From: an uncultured Sediminibacterium sp.
GTDB lineage: Bacteria > Bacteroidota > Bacteroidia > Chitinophagales > Chitinophagaceae
Length of the DNA: 64,000 bases
Assembly: GCA_964579885.1 (NCBI GenBank)
Contig: CAZOHD010000002.1
Location: forward strand, 243,672-307,671
Direction: 5' to 3'
Shown here: positions 45,690 to 54,673 of the stretch, piece after piece
How positions within the stretch are numbered: the stretch's first letter is position 1
Layout of the letters: each line of letters starts with the position of its first letter
Program-made: the position numbers and the translations under genes
Notes under the pieces: generated by a model
Seen by the model: only the letters and a program-made list of their open reading frames with translations
What the model was told of the DNA's origin: nothing
The model's database searches: none

Positions 45690-48620
45690 ATGACAAGATT
45701 ACTAACTCGTTTTGGTCTTTTTTGTGCGGTTGCTTTTACAGCAATAAGTGCAATGGCTCAAAATGCAGGAACAATCACTGGTACAGTAAAAAATGCAACA
45801 ACTGGTGAAACCGTTGCTGCAGTATCTGTAACAATTAAAGGTTCATCCGTAGGAACTTACACGGATGACAAAGGAACTTTCAAATTAAACGTGTCTCAAA
45901 AGGCACCTTATACATTGGTTTTTAGTTCGGTGGGATTTGAAAATCAAGAATTTGTAGTGAATTCAGGCACTGCTAAAGTAGATGTAAGCTTAAAGCAAGC
46001 ATTCACTTTAGGAACTGAAGTAGTTGTTGCTGCATCAAGAGTTGCGGAGCGTATTTTAGAGTCTCCAGTAACAATTGAAAGAATCAACAATACTACAATC
46101 AAAAATGCCCCAGTATCTAACTATTATGATTTATTGGGTACTTTGAAGGGAGTAGATGTGAATACAGCTAGCTTGACTTTTAAAAGTATTAGTACAAGAG
46201 GTTTCAATGGTAGTGGTAACAACCGTCTTAATCAATTGATTGATGGTATGGATAACCAAGCACCAGGTTTAAACTTCTCTGTAGGAAGCATTGTTGGTTT
46301 GACTGAATTAGACGTAGATAATATCGAATTATTACCAGGTGCCTCTTCTGCATTATATGGCCAAGGTGGTATGAACGGTACAGTTTTAATTAACAGTAAG
46401 AATCCGTTCAAATACCAAGGTTTAAGTTTCCAAATTAGACAAGGTATCAACCATGTTGACAACAAACAACGAGCTTTAGCGCCTTTCAAAGATTGGACAG
46501 TAAGATATGCTAAGAAAATAGGCGATCGTTTTGCTTATAAATTTAGCATGCAGTATACAGAAGCAGAAGATTGGAGAGCGACAAGCGATCTTAACTATTC
46601 TAGAACAACTGGTACTCAAAACGGTCAATTAATTCCTGGAAATAGAGCTTCTGATCCTAACTATGATGGTGTAAACTTTTATGGTGATGAAACTACAAGT
46701 TCTTTAGCAGGTGTTGGAGCTGCTGTTAAAAGTGGCGTTTTAGGTTCTTTAGTAAGTGCATACGGTTCTGCTGTAGGTACTGCTACTTTCAATAGCTTAT
46801 ATAATGCAGCTGCGTTATATCCAACTTTAGCTTCTTATCAAGCATTCTTAACTGCTGCTGGCGGTGCTGCTTTAGGTGCTAATGCGGCATTTTTATGGGG
46901 TGATAAAAGAGGACATTTCAATGGTGTAAATGTAAGTAGAACTGGATATGCTGAAAAAGATATTATTGATCCTACTGCACTAAACGTGAAATTCCAAGGA
47001 TCTATGCATTATAAGATCAATGATAATGTAGAAGCTTCAATTGCTGCTTATAATGGTTTTGGTAATACTGTTTACACTGGTAGTGACCGATATTCTTTAA
47101 AGGACTTAAGAATGGGTCAATACAAAGCAGAATTAAAATCTAAAAACTGGTATTTAAGAGCTTACACAACTTTAGAAAATTCTGGAGGTTCATTCAACTC
47201 TACAATTGCCGCACGTTATTTCAATGAAGCATGGAAGCCTAGTACTACTTGGTATCCTACTTATGCTGCAACTTATACAACTTTATTAAGTGCAGGTATG
47301 AATCAACAAGCTGCTCATGCTGGTGCAAGAGCAAATGCGGATGCAGGTAGACCAACAGGATTTATTGGAAACAATCCAATGTTCCAAGCTTTAACAAATA
47401 CGCCAATCTCACAAGGTGGTGCGATGTTCTTAGATAGATCTTCATTACGTGTATTTGAAGGTCAATACAATTTGACTGAAGCTTTAGGTTTAGAAAAATA
47501 TAATGCCGACTTCTTATTGGGTGCTAGTACAAGACAATATTTATTAAACTCACAAGGAACTTTATTTGCGGATACAGCTGCAAAAATTAAGATCAATGAG
47601 ACTGGTGCATATGCACAATTGTCTAAGCGTTTCTTAGATGATTTATTTAAATTCTCAGTTTCTGCTCGTTACGATAAAAATGACAATTTTAAAGGTCGTT
47701 TTACGCCAAGAGCTACTTTAGTAGTTAAGCTAGAAGAAGACCACAACTTGCGTTTATCTTACCAAACAGCATACCGTTTCCCAACTACTCAAAACCAATG
47801 GATCAATTTATTGATTGGTGGTGGTACAAGATTAATGGGTGGATTGCCTCAGTTAAGAAACTTCTACAATTTCAACACCAACCCAGCCTATTCTTTAGCT
47901 AGTGTAAATGCATTTGGTGCTTCTGCTTTAGCAGGTGCTCCAAACCCAGCTTTACTTCAAGTACAAGCTTTCCCTGAATTCAAGCCAGAATCAATGAGTT
48001 CATATGAAGTTGGTTATAAGGGCTTGGTTGCTAAGAAATTATTGATCGATTTCTATTACTATTTTGGTAAATATGAAAACTTCATTAGTGGTGTAACCGT
48101 TTTACAATCTAGAAATGCAGCAACTCCAAGTCCATTAGATGTATTAGATGCTAGCAAGCGAATAGCTTACAGTATCTCTACAAACTCAACTCAAGAAGTG
48201 AACACTTCTGGATGGGGTCTTTCATTAGACTATATCTTGCCTGGAAACTTTACTGTATCTAGTAGCATTTATGGCGACAAAATAGGTGGTTTACAAGAAG
48301 GATTTATCTCTTACTTCAATACACCTAAATTTAGATCTAACATCGCATTAAATAATAGTGGATTTGCATTAAAGAATCGTTTGGGATTCAGTGCTATCTA
48401 TCGTTACCAAGATGGATTCACTTACGAAGGAACATTCGGTGTGGGTCAAGTATCTTCATTTAACACTTTAGACGCTGTTTTAACTTATAAATTACCTAAT
48501 ATCAAGTCTTTGATCAAAGTAGGTGGTACAAATATTATGAACACGTATTATAACACAGCACATGGTAGTCCAGCAATTGGTGGATTGTATTATGTAAGCT
48601 TTGCTTATAACGTATTCTAG
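45690..48620 (+). CDS. Large TonB-dependent receptor with N-terminal carboxypeptidase-regulatory-like domain
   Basis: Signal peptide, ITGTV...TGET..AVSV.IKG..GT.TD..G.F, plug EVVVAASR..E.ILESPVTIE, GASSALYG, C-terminal YYVSFAYNVF; ATG 45690 preferred over 45621. Confidence 0.92.
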   Translation: MTRLLTRFGLFCAVAFTAISAMAQNAGTITGTVKNATTGETVAAVSVTIKGSSVGTYTDDKGTFKLNVSQKAPYTLVFSSVGFENQEFVVNSGTAKVDVSLKQAFTLGTEVVVAASRVAERILESPVTIERINNTTIKNAPVSNYYDLLGTLKGVDVNTASLTFKSISTRGFNGSGNNRLNQLIDGMDNQAPGLNFSVGSIVGLTELDVDNIELLPGASSALYGQGGMNGTVLINSKNPFKYQGLSFQIRQGINHVDNKQRALAPFKDWTVRYAKKIGDRFAYKFSMQYTEAEDWRATSDLNYSRTTGTQNGQLIPGNRASDPNYDGVNFYGDETTSSLAGVGAAVKSGVLGSLVSAYGSAVGTATFNSLYNAAALYPTLASYQAFLTAAGGAALGANAAFLWGDKRGHFNGVNVSRTGYAEKDIIDPTALNVKFQGSMHYKINDNVEASIAAYNGFGNTVYTGSDRYSLKDLRMGQYKAELKSKNWYLRAYTTLENSGGSFNSTIAARYFNEAWKPSTTWYPTYAATYTTLLSAGMNQQAAHAGARANADAGRPTGFIGNNPMFQALTNTPISQGGAMFLDRSSLRVFEGQYNLTEALGLEKYNADFLLGASTRQYLLNSQGTLFADTAAKIKINETGAYAQLSKRFLDDLFKFSVSARYDKNDNFKGRFTPRATLVVKLEEDHNLRLSYQTAYRFPTTQNQWINLLIGGGTRLMGGLPQLRNFYNFNTNPAYSLASVNAFGASALAGAPNPALLQVQAFPEFKPESMSSYEVGYKGLVAKKLLIDFYYYFGKYENFISGVTVLQSRNAATPSPLDVLDASKRIAYSISTNSTQEVNTSGWGLSLDYILPGNFTVSSSIYGDKIGGLQEGFISYFNTPKFRSNIALNNSGFALKNRLGFSAIYRYQDGFTYEGTFGVGQVSSFNTLDAVLTYKLPNIKSLIKVGGTNIMNTYYNTAHGSPAIGGLYYVSFAYNVF

Positions 48621-48642
48621 GCACTCAGATGGGTTAGTTAGT

Positions 48643-48677
48643 AATCCCTTCCCGATTTTCGGGAGGGGATTTTTTTT
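48643..48677 (+). terminator. Terminator after large TBDR
   Basis: AATCCCTTCCCGA-TTT-TCGGGAGGGGATT + T run. Confidence 0.88.
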
Positions 48678-48743
48678 ACCCAAAGAAGTTCATTTTTCCT
48701 TGATATACGTTATTTTTGCATTTCAAAATAAAAACGATTTTTC

Positions 48744-49730
48744 ATGCGATCAATAGCCTTTAGAGAAGCATTACGCGAAGCGATGAATGAAGAAATGAGA
48801 AGAGACGAACGCGTATTTTTAATGGGAGAGGAAGTTGCAGAGTACAATGGTGCATATAAAGTAAGTCAAGGAATGTTGGCTGAATTTGGACCAAAAAGAG
48901 TCATTGATACACCTATTTCTGAATTAGGTTTTACTGCTGTTGCAGTTGGCGCAGCTCAAAATGGATTAAGACCTATTGTTGAGTTCATGACTTGGAATTT
49001 TGCAGTATTACCTCTAGACCAAATTTTAAACACAGCAAGTAAAATGTTGGCGATGAGTGGTGGTCAAATTGGTTGTCCGATTGTAATGCGTGGGCCAAAT
49101 GGTAGCGCAGGTCAATTAGGTGCTCAGCACTCTACGGCATTTGAAAGTTATTTAGCAAATATTCCTGGTATTAAAGTGGTTTCACCTTCTAATGGATATG
49201 ATGCAAAAGGTTTATTAAAACAAGCAATACGTTACGAAGAAGATCCAATCATGTTTTTGGAGAGTGAAGTAATGTATGGAGATAAATGTGATGTGCCTGA
49301 AGAAGAATATTATATCCCATTAGGCAAGGCAGACGTAAAGCGACCTGGAAGAGATATCACAATTGTTTCTTACAATAAAATGATGAAAGTCGCATTAGCT
49401 ACTGCCGAAGAATTAGAAAAAGAGGGGATTAGTGCAGAAGTGATTGACTTAAGAACAATACGTCCTTTAGATTGGATGACTGTTTTAGAAAGTGTTAAAA
49501 AAACCAACCGCTTGGTGATAATCGAAGAGCAATGGCCTTTTGCTTCTGTATCTTCTGAATTAAGTTATAGAATTCAAAAAGAAGGTTTCGATTACCTTGA
49601 CGCTCCAATCAGAAGAATTACCAGCGCAGATGCTCCAATGCACTATGCGCCTAATTTAACTGCCTTAGCTATTCCAGACGTTACCCGTTCTGTTAAATTG
49701 GTGAAAGAAGTCTTACACCAATACAAATAA
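48744..49730 (+). CDS. pdhB: Pyruvate dehydrogenase E1 beta subunit
   Basis: MGEEVAEYNGAYKVSQG, DTPISE.GF, EFMTWNF, RGPNG.AGQLGAQHS, DLRTIRPLD; -7 box TATTTTTG at 48711-48718. Confidence 0.95.
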   Translation: MRSIAFREALREAMNEEMRRDERVFLMGEEVAEYNGAYKVSQGMLAEFGPKRVIDTPISELGFTAVAVGAAQNGLRPIVEFMTWNFAVLPLDQILNTASKMLAMSGGQIGCPIVMRGPNGSAGQLGAQHSTAFESYLANIPGIKVVSPSNGYDAKGLLKQAIRYEEDPIMFLESEVMYGDKCDVPEEEYYIPLGKADVKRPGRDITIVSYNKMMKVALATAEELEKEGISAEVIDLRTIRPLDWMTVLESVKKTNRLVIIEEQWPFASVSSELSYRIQKEGFDYLDAPIRRITSADAPMHYAPNLTALAIPDVTRSVKLVKEVLHQYK

Positions 49731-49791
49731 GGTAAATCCTTGTTTTTAACCATTCAAACCATGGCTTAACGGCTAATAAATCTTTTTATAT

Positions 49792-49817
49792 AATATCCCT
49801 CACAAAGGGATATTTTT
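49792..49817 (+). terminator. Terminator after pdhB
   Basis: AATATCCCT-CACAA-AGGGATATT + TTT. Confidence 0.6.
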
Positions 49818-49838
49818 GTATTATATAATTACAACTAT

Positions 49839-51350
49839 ATGGGCATGATACTTTTTATTCTTTATTGGTTAGGATGGCATATTGGAATTTTTATGATGTT
49901 AAAAAAAGCAGGGGTTCCTGCAAATAAAGCCATCATTCCAATTTACAATACATGGGAAGTAGTTAAGCTATGTAAAATTCCTACATTCTGGTTTTGGTTA
50001 CAATTGATTCCAATTTTAGGACAGTTTGTGACTTTGTGGATCACTATTATTTTTGTGATGCATTTTAAACGTGTTAAATTAATACACCATACATTAACTG
50101 TTTTAGCACCATTTATATATTTGCCTTATCTAGGGGTGGACAAAAATGAAAAATGGTTTGGAGAAGATGCATTAACGCATTACCATAAACCGGCATCAAG
50201 AGAGTGGGTAGATGCAGCCGTATTTGCAGTAGTAGCAGCAACTTTAATTAGAACATTTTTATTTGAAGCATTTGTGATTCCTACAGAAAGTATGGAAAAA
50301 ACTTTGTTAGTGAATGACTTTTTATTTGTTGACAAAGTAACTTATGGTGCAAGAATACCACAAACACCATTGTCATTTCCTTTTGTACATAATACATTAC
50401 CTGGCGCGCCAACTACACCGTCTTATTTAAAATGGATACAGTTGGATTATAAACGTTTTCCAAAGTTGAGAGATGTACAAAGGAACGATGTGGTTGTGTT
50501 CAACTTCCCAACTGGCGATACCATTATAAATCTTCCAGAATTTGGATCTAAAATACCATATTACGATGTCTTGAGAAGTCCTCAATACAATAATGATCGT
50601 GAGAAGCTTCAAGCAGATTATCCAATTTTAGTGCATCCTATGGACAAAACGGATAACTATATCAAGCGTTGCGTGGGTATCCCAGGAGATGTAATAGAGA
50701 TCAAGAAAAGTAGATTATTTGTAAATGGTGCACCTGCATTGATGGCGCCGAATATGCAAACAGAATATTTAATTGAAACGGATGGCAGACCATTGGCAGA
50801 AGATTTTATTCAAGACAGTTTAGGAATTAATATCAATGAGGCTACTGCAGATTTTCAATTTGTAGAGGGCAGGCCCAATACATTCAAATTAAACATAACT
50901 GCATCAGCTGCTGCAAGTTTAAAGAGATTGCCAAATGTTAAGTCGGTTGATTTATTTGAGGATCAAAATGTTGGTTATACTTTCCCGAATGACATTACAC
51001 ATTATCCTTGGACCGCAGATAATTATGGTCCAATTAGAATACCCAAAAAAGGGGATAAAGTAGTATTGAATGATAGTACTATTGAAATTTATAGAAGGTT
51101 GATTGAGGGCTATGAAAACAATAAGATCACAACTATGAATGGTCAATACTTGATCAATGGGAAAACAACTAGCACTTACACTATACAACAGAATTATTAT
51201 TGGATGATGGGAGATAATCGTCATCGAAGTCAAGATAGTCGTTATTGGGGTTTTGTTCCAGAGACACATATTGTTGGACGTGCGGCATTAATCTGGTTTA
51301 GCTATAGCCAATCAATCAGATGGAATAGGTTGTTTAATTTAATAAAATAA
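49839..51350 (+). CDS. lepB: Signal peptidase I with N-terminal membrane (DUF5684-like) extension
   Basis: F.IPTESME (Ser), NYIKRCVG.PGD (Lys), MMGDNR..S.DSRYWGFVP. Confidence 0.95.
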   Translation: MGMILFILYWLGWHIGIFMMLKKAGVPANKAIIPIYNTWEVVKLCKIPTFWFWLQLIPILGQFVTLWITIIFVMHFKRVKLIHHTLTVLAPFIYLPYLGVDKNEKWFGEDALTHYHKPASREWVDAAVFAVVAATLIRTFLFEAFVIPTESMEKTLLVNDFLFVDKVTYGARIPQTPLSFPFVHNTLPGAPTTPSYLKWIQLDYKRFPKLRDVQRNDVVVFNFPTGDTIINLPEFGSKIPYYDVLRSPQYNNDREKLQADYPILVHPMDKTDNYIKRCVGIPGDVIEIKKSRLFVNGAPALMAPNMQTEYLIETDGRPLAEDFIQDSLGININEATADFQFVEGRPNTFKLNITASAAASLKRLPNVKSVDLFEDQNVGYTFPNDITHYPWTADNYGPIRIPKKGDKVVLNDSTIEIYRRLIEGYENNKITTMNGQYLINGKTTSTYTIQQNYYWMMGDNRHRSQDSRYWGFVPETHIVGRAALIWFSYSQSIRWNRLFNLIK

Positions 51351-51355
51351 AAAGA

Positions 51356-51841
51356 ATGCAAAAGAAGTTCGAATTTGACTACGAAGAGTTTGATACAAAA
51401 CAAGAGATGCAGTCAGAAGATCTTGCTTTATTGAATGCTGCTTATGAAGCAGTAGAAACAGCATTTGCACCTTATTCTAAATTTAAGGTTGGTGCGGCAG
51501 CAAGACTGTCAAATGGACAAATTGTTATTGGTTCGAATCAAGAGAGCGCAAGTTATCCAGTTGGAATCTGCGCAGAAAGAACTTTATTAAATAGTATTGG
51601 TAGTCAACATCCAAAAGAAACAATCACTGCAATGGCGATTAGTTATATACCCAATGGAGCAGCGTCAGATCATCCTTTGTCTCCTTGTGGCATGTGCAGA
51701 CAATCCTTATTAGATTATGAGATAAGGTATAAAGCGCCCATAAAGCTAATATTAGCGGGAAAGACCGGAAAGATCATGGTCATACCTTCGGCTGATTATA
51801 TCCTGCCATTTGGCTTTACAGGATCGATTTTAGGCAAATAA
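51356..51841 (+). CDS. cdd: Cytidine deaminase
   Basis: APYSKF.VGAA, NQE.ASYP.GICAER, PCGMCRQ. Confidence 0.93.
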   Translation: MQKKFEFDYEEFDTKQEMQSEDLALLNAAYEAVETAFAPYSKFKVGAAARLSNGQIVIGSNQESASYPVGICAERTLLNSIGSQHPKETITAMAISYIPNGAASDHPLSPCGMCRQSLLDYEIRYKAPIKLILAGKTGKIMVIPSADYILPFGFTGSILGK

Positions 51842-52333
51842 GGTTTGAACACCCAGTCCTATCCTAAATTCGTGTTGTAATAACCATTTTTTTCTTGCCA
51901 ATCCCCATGCATAACCTGTTAGATTTTTATCGGAACCTATGATTCTATGACAGGGTACAATGATGGCAATTTTGTTTTTACCATTTGCAGATGCGGCTGC
52001 TCTAATTACTTTAGGGTCACCTAATTTTTTTGCTAATTCCGCATAACTCATTGTTTTTGCATAGGGCACTTCGTATAATTCTTTCCAAACCTTTTGTTGA
52101 AAGTCTGTACCACTTTGATGAATTGGGACAGTGAATTTTGTTCTAGAACCATTAAAGTACTCAATCAATTCGTCAATACATTGATGAATAACTGGAGGAC
52201 TTTCATTTTCTAACTTGTTAGCACTTTGATCTTGTTCCTCCAAAAAAAGGATTGTTTGAATACAATCATTATCTGCAGTGATTTTAATTCGACCAATTGG
52301 ACTTGTATAAATATGTTCGAATTGTTCTTGCAT
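51830..52333 (-). CDS. ogt: Methylated-DNA--protein-cysteine methyltransferase
   Basis: GTDFQQKVW, RAAASANGKN, IVPCHRIIG, LTGYAWG. Confidence 0.94.
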   Translation of the reverse strand: MQEQFEHIYTSPIGRIKITADNDCIQTILFLEEQDQSANKLENESPPVIHQCIDELIEYFNGSRTKFTVPIHQSGTDFQQKVWKELYEVPYAKTMSYAELAKKLGDPKVIRAAASANGKNKIAIIVPCHRIIGSDKNLTGYAWGLARKKWLLQHEFRIGLGVQTLFA

Positions 52334-52353
52334 TCCCTTAAAAAATTTGTCAC

Positions 52354-53226
52354 TTAATCTAATAAACTTGCTAATTCAATTAAGTCGTCACGTTTAAATT
52401 GCAGTGTCGGACTTTGAAAACATTTTGCAAATTCAAGGATCATTTTTTTTATAACCCTTTGGTTAGATAGTCTTTTGTAATAAACAGTTTTAGGCTCAAT
52501 ATTGTGTCTTAAAAAATATTGGTCCATATCTTTTTGAGAGAAGGGGTGTCCAGAAGTGCCTTCGACATAAAATTGTATAAATTCTTGTGGATTTGGGACA
52601 ATTTCATGCGGCTCCCAATCTGCACTAAAATAGGCAAGTATACATTGCTTAGGAATATTGATCCATTCAGCATGAATTTCTAATTGTTGACATAATTCTG
52701 CATAAATCAAAGAGTTTGCAAAAGCATTTCCTGGCTTGGATTGTAGTGGAGAAGAAACCAAAAAATCTTCAGGGTTTTCATAATTTACTTCTACTCCTTT
52801 AATTTGATAGTAGCTGAATAAAATATTACGAAGCACATTGGCTTGTTCAAGTGGCGTTAAATAATTATTTAACTCTAGCCATATATTACGACGAATTTTT
52901 TCTAATTGATGCCTTAAAGGATCTAAGGCTAATTCTGGGTATTGGTATTTTACAAGAATTAAAGCACCTTCAAAAAGTGATGGCTTTGGTTGTGTACTCC
53001 ATTCAATTATTTGTTGTTTGATATCTTTTAAACGCAGTTTATAAATCATCTTTTCTATGCGTTCTAAAGTGGATTCGTCTAAGGTATTTTCCCAAAGATT
53101 TTCCAGGTCTGGGATGATCGGACTGCCATAATCTAAAAGTCGATCAGCTATCGTACTAAATACTTCCTCGTCTGGATCATCGATGAGGCTAAATAATGCT
53201 TTTATTTCTTCAGTTTTTGGCAACAT
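52354..53226 (-). CDS. Transglutaminase-like / SirB1-family protein
   Basis: AL.SLIDDPD, NNYLTPLEQ, 'G...ANSLIY..L.QQL.I...IN.P', Bacteroidota-type pattern. Confidence 0.7.
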   Translation of the reverse strand: MLPKTEEIKALFSLIDDPDEEVFSTIADRLLDYGSPIIPDLENLWENTLDESTLERIEKMIYKLRLKDIKQQIIEWSTQPKPSLFEGALILVKYQYPELALDPLRHQLEKIRRNIWLELNNYLTPLEQANVLRNILFSYYQIKGVEVNYENPEDFLVSSPLQSKPGNAFANSLIYAELCQQLEIHAEWINIPKQCILAYFSADWEPHEIVPNPQEFIQFYVEGTSGHPFSQKDMDQYFLRHNIEPKTVYYKRLSNQRVIKKMILEFAKCFQSPTLQFKRDDLIELASLLD

Positions 53227-53434
53227 AGTTGAATAGATCGTCCTAATTCTTGTTCAAATTGACGTAAAAAAAGTTAAACAAACGAATCAAGTTATCCAAC
53301 TATTGTGGATATGTATATTTATCTAATGATGTAATAAATTTATATCTCAAACGTTCACTTATTTTTAGCACTCATTAAGCACCTTTTATTCAATTAATGA
53401 CTTACATTGCATATACTAAAGTCTAAACTAGTTT

Positions 53435-54532
53435 ATGCAAAATCAAACTGTTTCCGTCCCTAAATTCCCTGTAGTGAATAAATCATTACATGCTGAATTA
53501 AAGAAAAGAGTCAATCAATATTTAGAAGAACATACTATTCGTGGCACGGGTAATTATAAATTATTTACGAAGGCGGCAATCTTAGTAAGTTTATTTTTTG
53601 TTACCTATATTCATCTTGTATTTTTCACACCTCCAACTGTAATAGCTATTTTTGAATGTTTGTTTTTTGGTGGCTTAATTGCTGCAATTGGATTTAACAT
53701 TATGCACGATGGCAGTCATGGTAGTTTTAGTAGGTATGCATGGTTAAACAAGTTAGCATCCTCTTCTATCAGTATTCTTGGAGCAAGTCGTTTTATGTGG
53801 AGTATGAAGCATGTAACCATCCACCATACCTATACGAATGTTGATGGGGTAGATGATGATATTGAAGTAGGTGTTTTTATGAGAATGGCACCCACGCAAA
53901 AACATTATGTTTTACATCGTTTCCAACATATTTATTTTAGTATACTATACATGTTATTATATGTATTTTGGATTTTCTTTACAGATTACAATAAATACTT
54001 CAAACAAAAAATCGGCAATATTCCTTTGAAAAAAATGTCAATTGCAGATCATTTTGAGTTCTGGATTGTCAAAGTTTACCACGCTGCTATTTTTGTCGTG
54101 ATTCCTATCCTAGTTTTAGGATGGCAAGCTTGGTTAGTCGGTTTTATTGTAAGTACTTTTTTTGCAGGTTTTGTTTTAAGCATCGTATTTCAATTAGCAC
54201 ATACTGTTGAACATACTGATTTTCCAGTAGCGATACAGCCTGAGAATAGATTACCTGACGAATTTGCGGCACACCAAATACAGACTACTGCTAATTTTGC
54301 TACAAAAAGCAAGATTGTAAGCTGGTTGGTAGGTGGGTTGAATTTTCAAATTGAACACCATTTATTTCCTAAAATTTCTCATGTTCACTATCCTGCAATA
54401 AGTAAGATAGTTAAAGAGGCATGTGCTGAGTTTCAACTGAATTATATTGAATACCCAACAGTATTAAGTGCCGTAAAAGCACATATACATTTCTTGAAAT
54501 CAATGAGCAAGCCAAGTCCTTCAATGGCTTAA
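53435..54532 (+). CDS. Membrane fatty acid (acyl-CoA) desaturase
   Basis: Three His boxes HDGSH, HVTIHH, QIEHHLFP; TM segments. Confidence 0.92.
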   Translation: MQNQTVSVPKFPVVNKSLHAELKKRVNQYLEEHTIRGTGNYKLFTKAAILVSLFFVTYIHLVFFTPPTVIAIFECLFFGGLIAAIGFNIMHDGSHGSFSRYAWLNKLASSSISILGASRFMWSMKHVTIHHTYTNVDGVDDDIEVGVFMRMAPTQKHYVLHRFQHIYFSILYMLLYVFWIFFTDYNKYFKQKIGNIPLKKMSIADHFEFWIVKVYHAAIFVVIPILVLGWQAWLVGFIVSTFFAGFVLSIVFQLAHTVEHTDFPVAIQPENRLPDEFAAHQIQTTANFATKSKIVSWLVGGLNFQIEHHLFPKISHVHYPAISKIVKEACAEFQLNYIEYPTVLSAVKAHIHFLKSMSKPSPSMA

Positions 54533-54572
54533 TTTTTACTTGTAATCTACTTACTTAGAATTTAAAAGTGGC

Positions 54573-54615
54573 ATATAAAAAAAGATCGCATCAATGATGC
54601 GATCTTTTTTTATAT
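54573..54615. terminator. Bidirectional terminator (20-bp arms)
   Basis: ATAT-A7-GATCGCATC-AAT-GATGCGATC-T7-ATAT. Confidence 0.9.
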
Positions 54616-54630
54616 AAATCATTAGAGTAG

Positions 54631-54672
54631 AATAATTGTAGCGTTTATGTTCTTTAAAACGCTACAATTATT
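54631..54672 (-). terminator. Second hairpin directly after the topA stop
   Basis: AATAATTGTAGCGTTT-N10-AAACGCTACAATTATT. Confidence 0.7.
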
Positions 54673-54673
54673 A

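Noticed and set aside
48744-49730. pdhB without pdhA/pdhC
   Set aside because: Dispersed PDH genes are common in Bacteroidota
53292-53312. DnaA boxes / oriC
   Set aside because: Only two degenerate matches (TTATCCAAC, TGTGGATAT), with no box cluster or dnaA nearby
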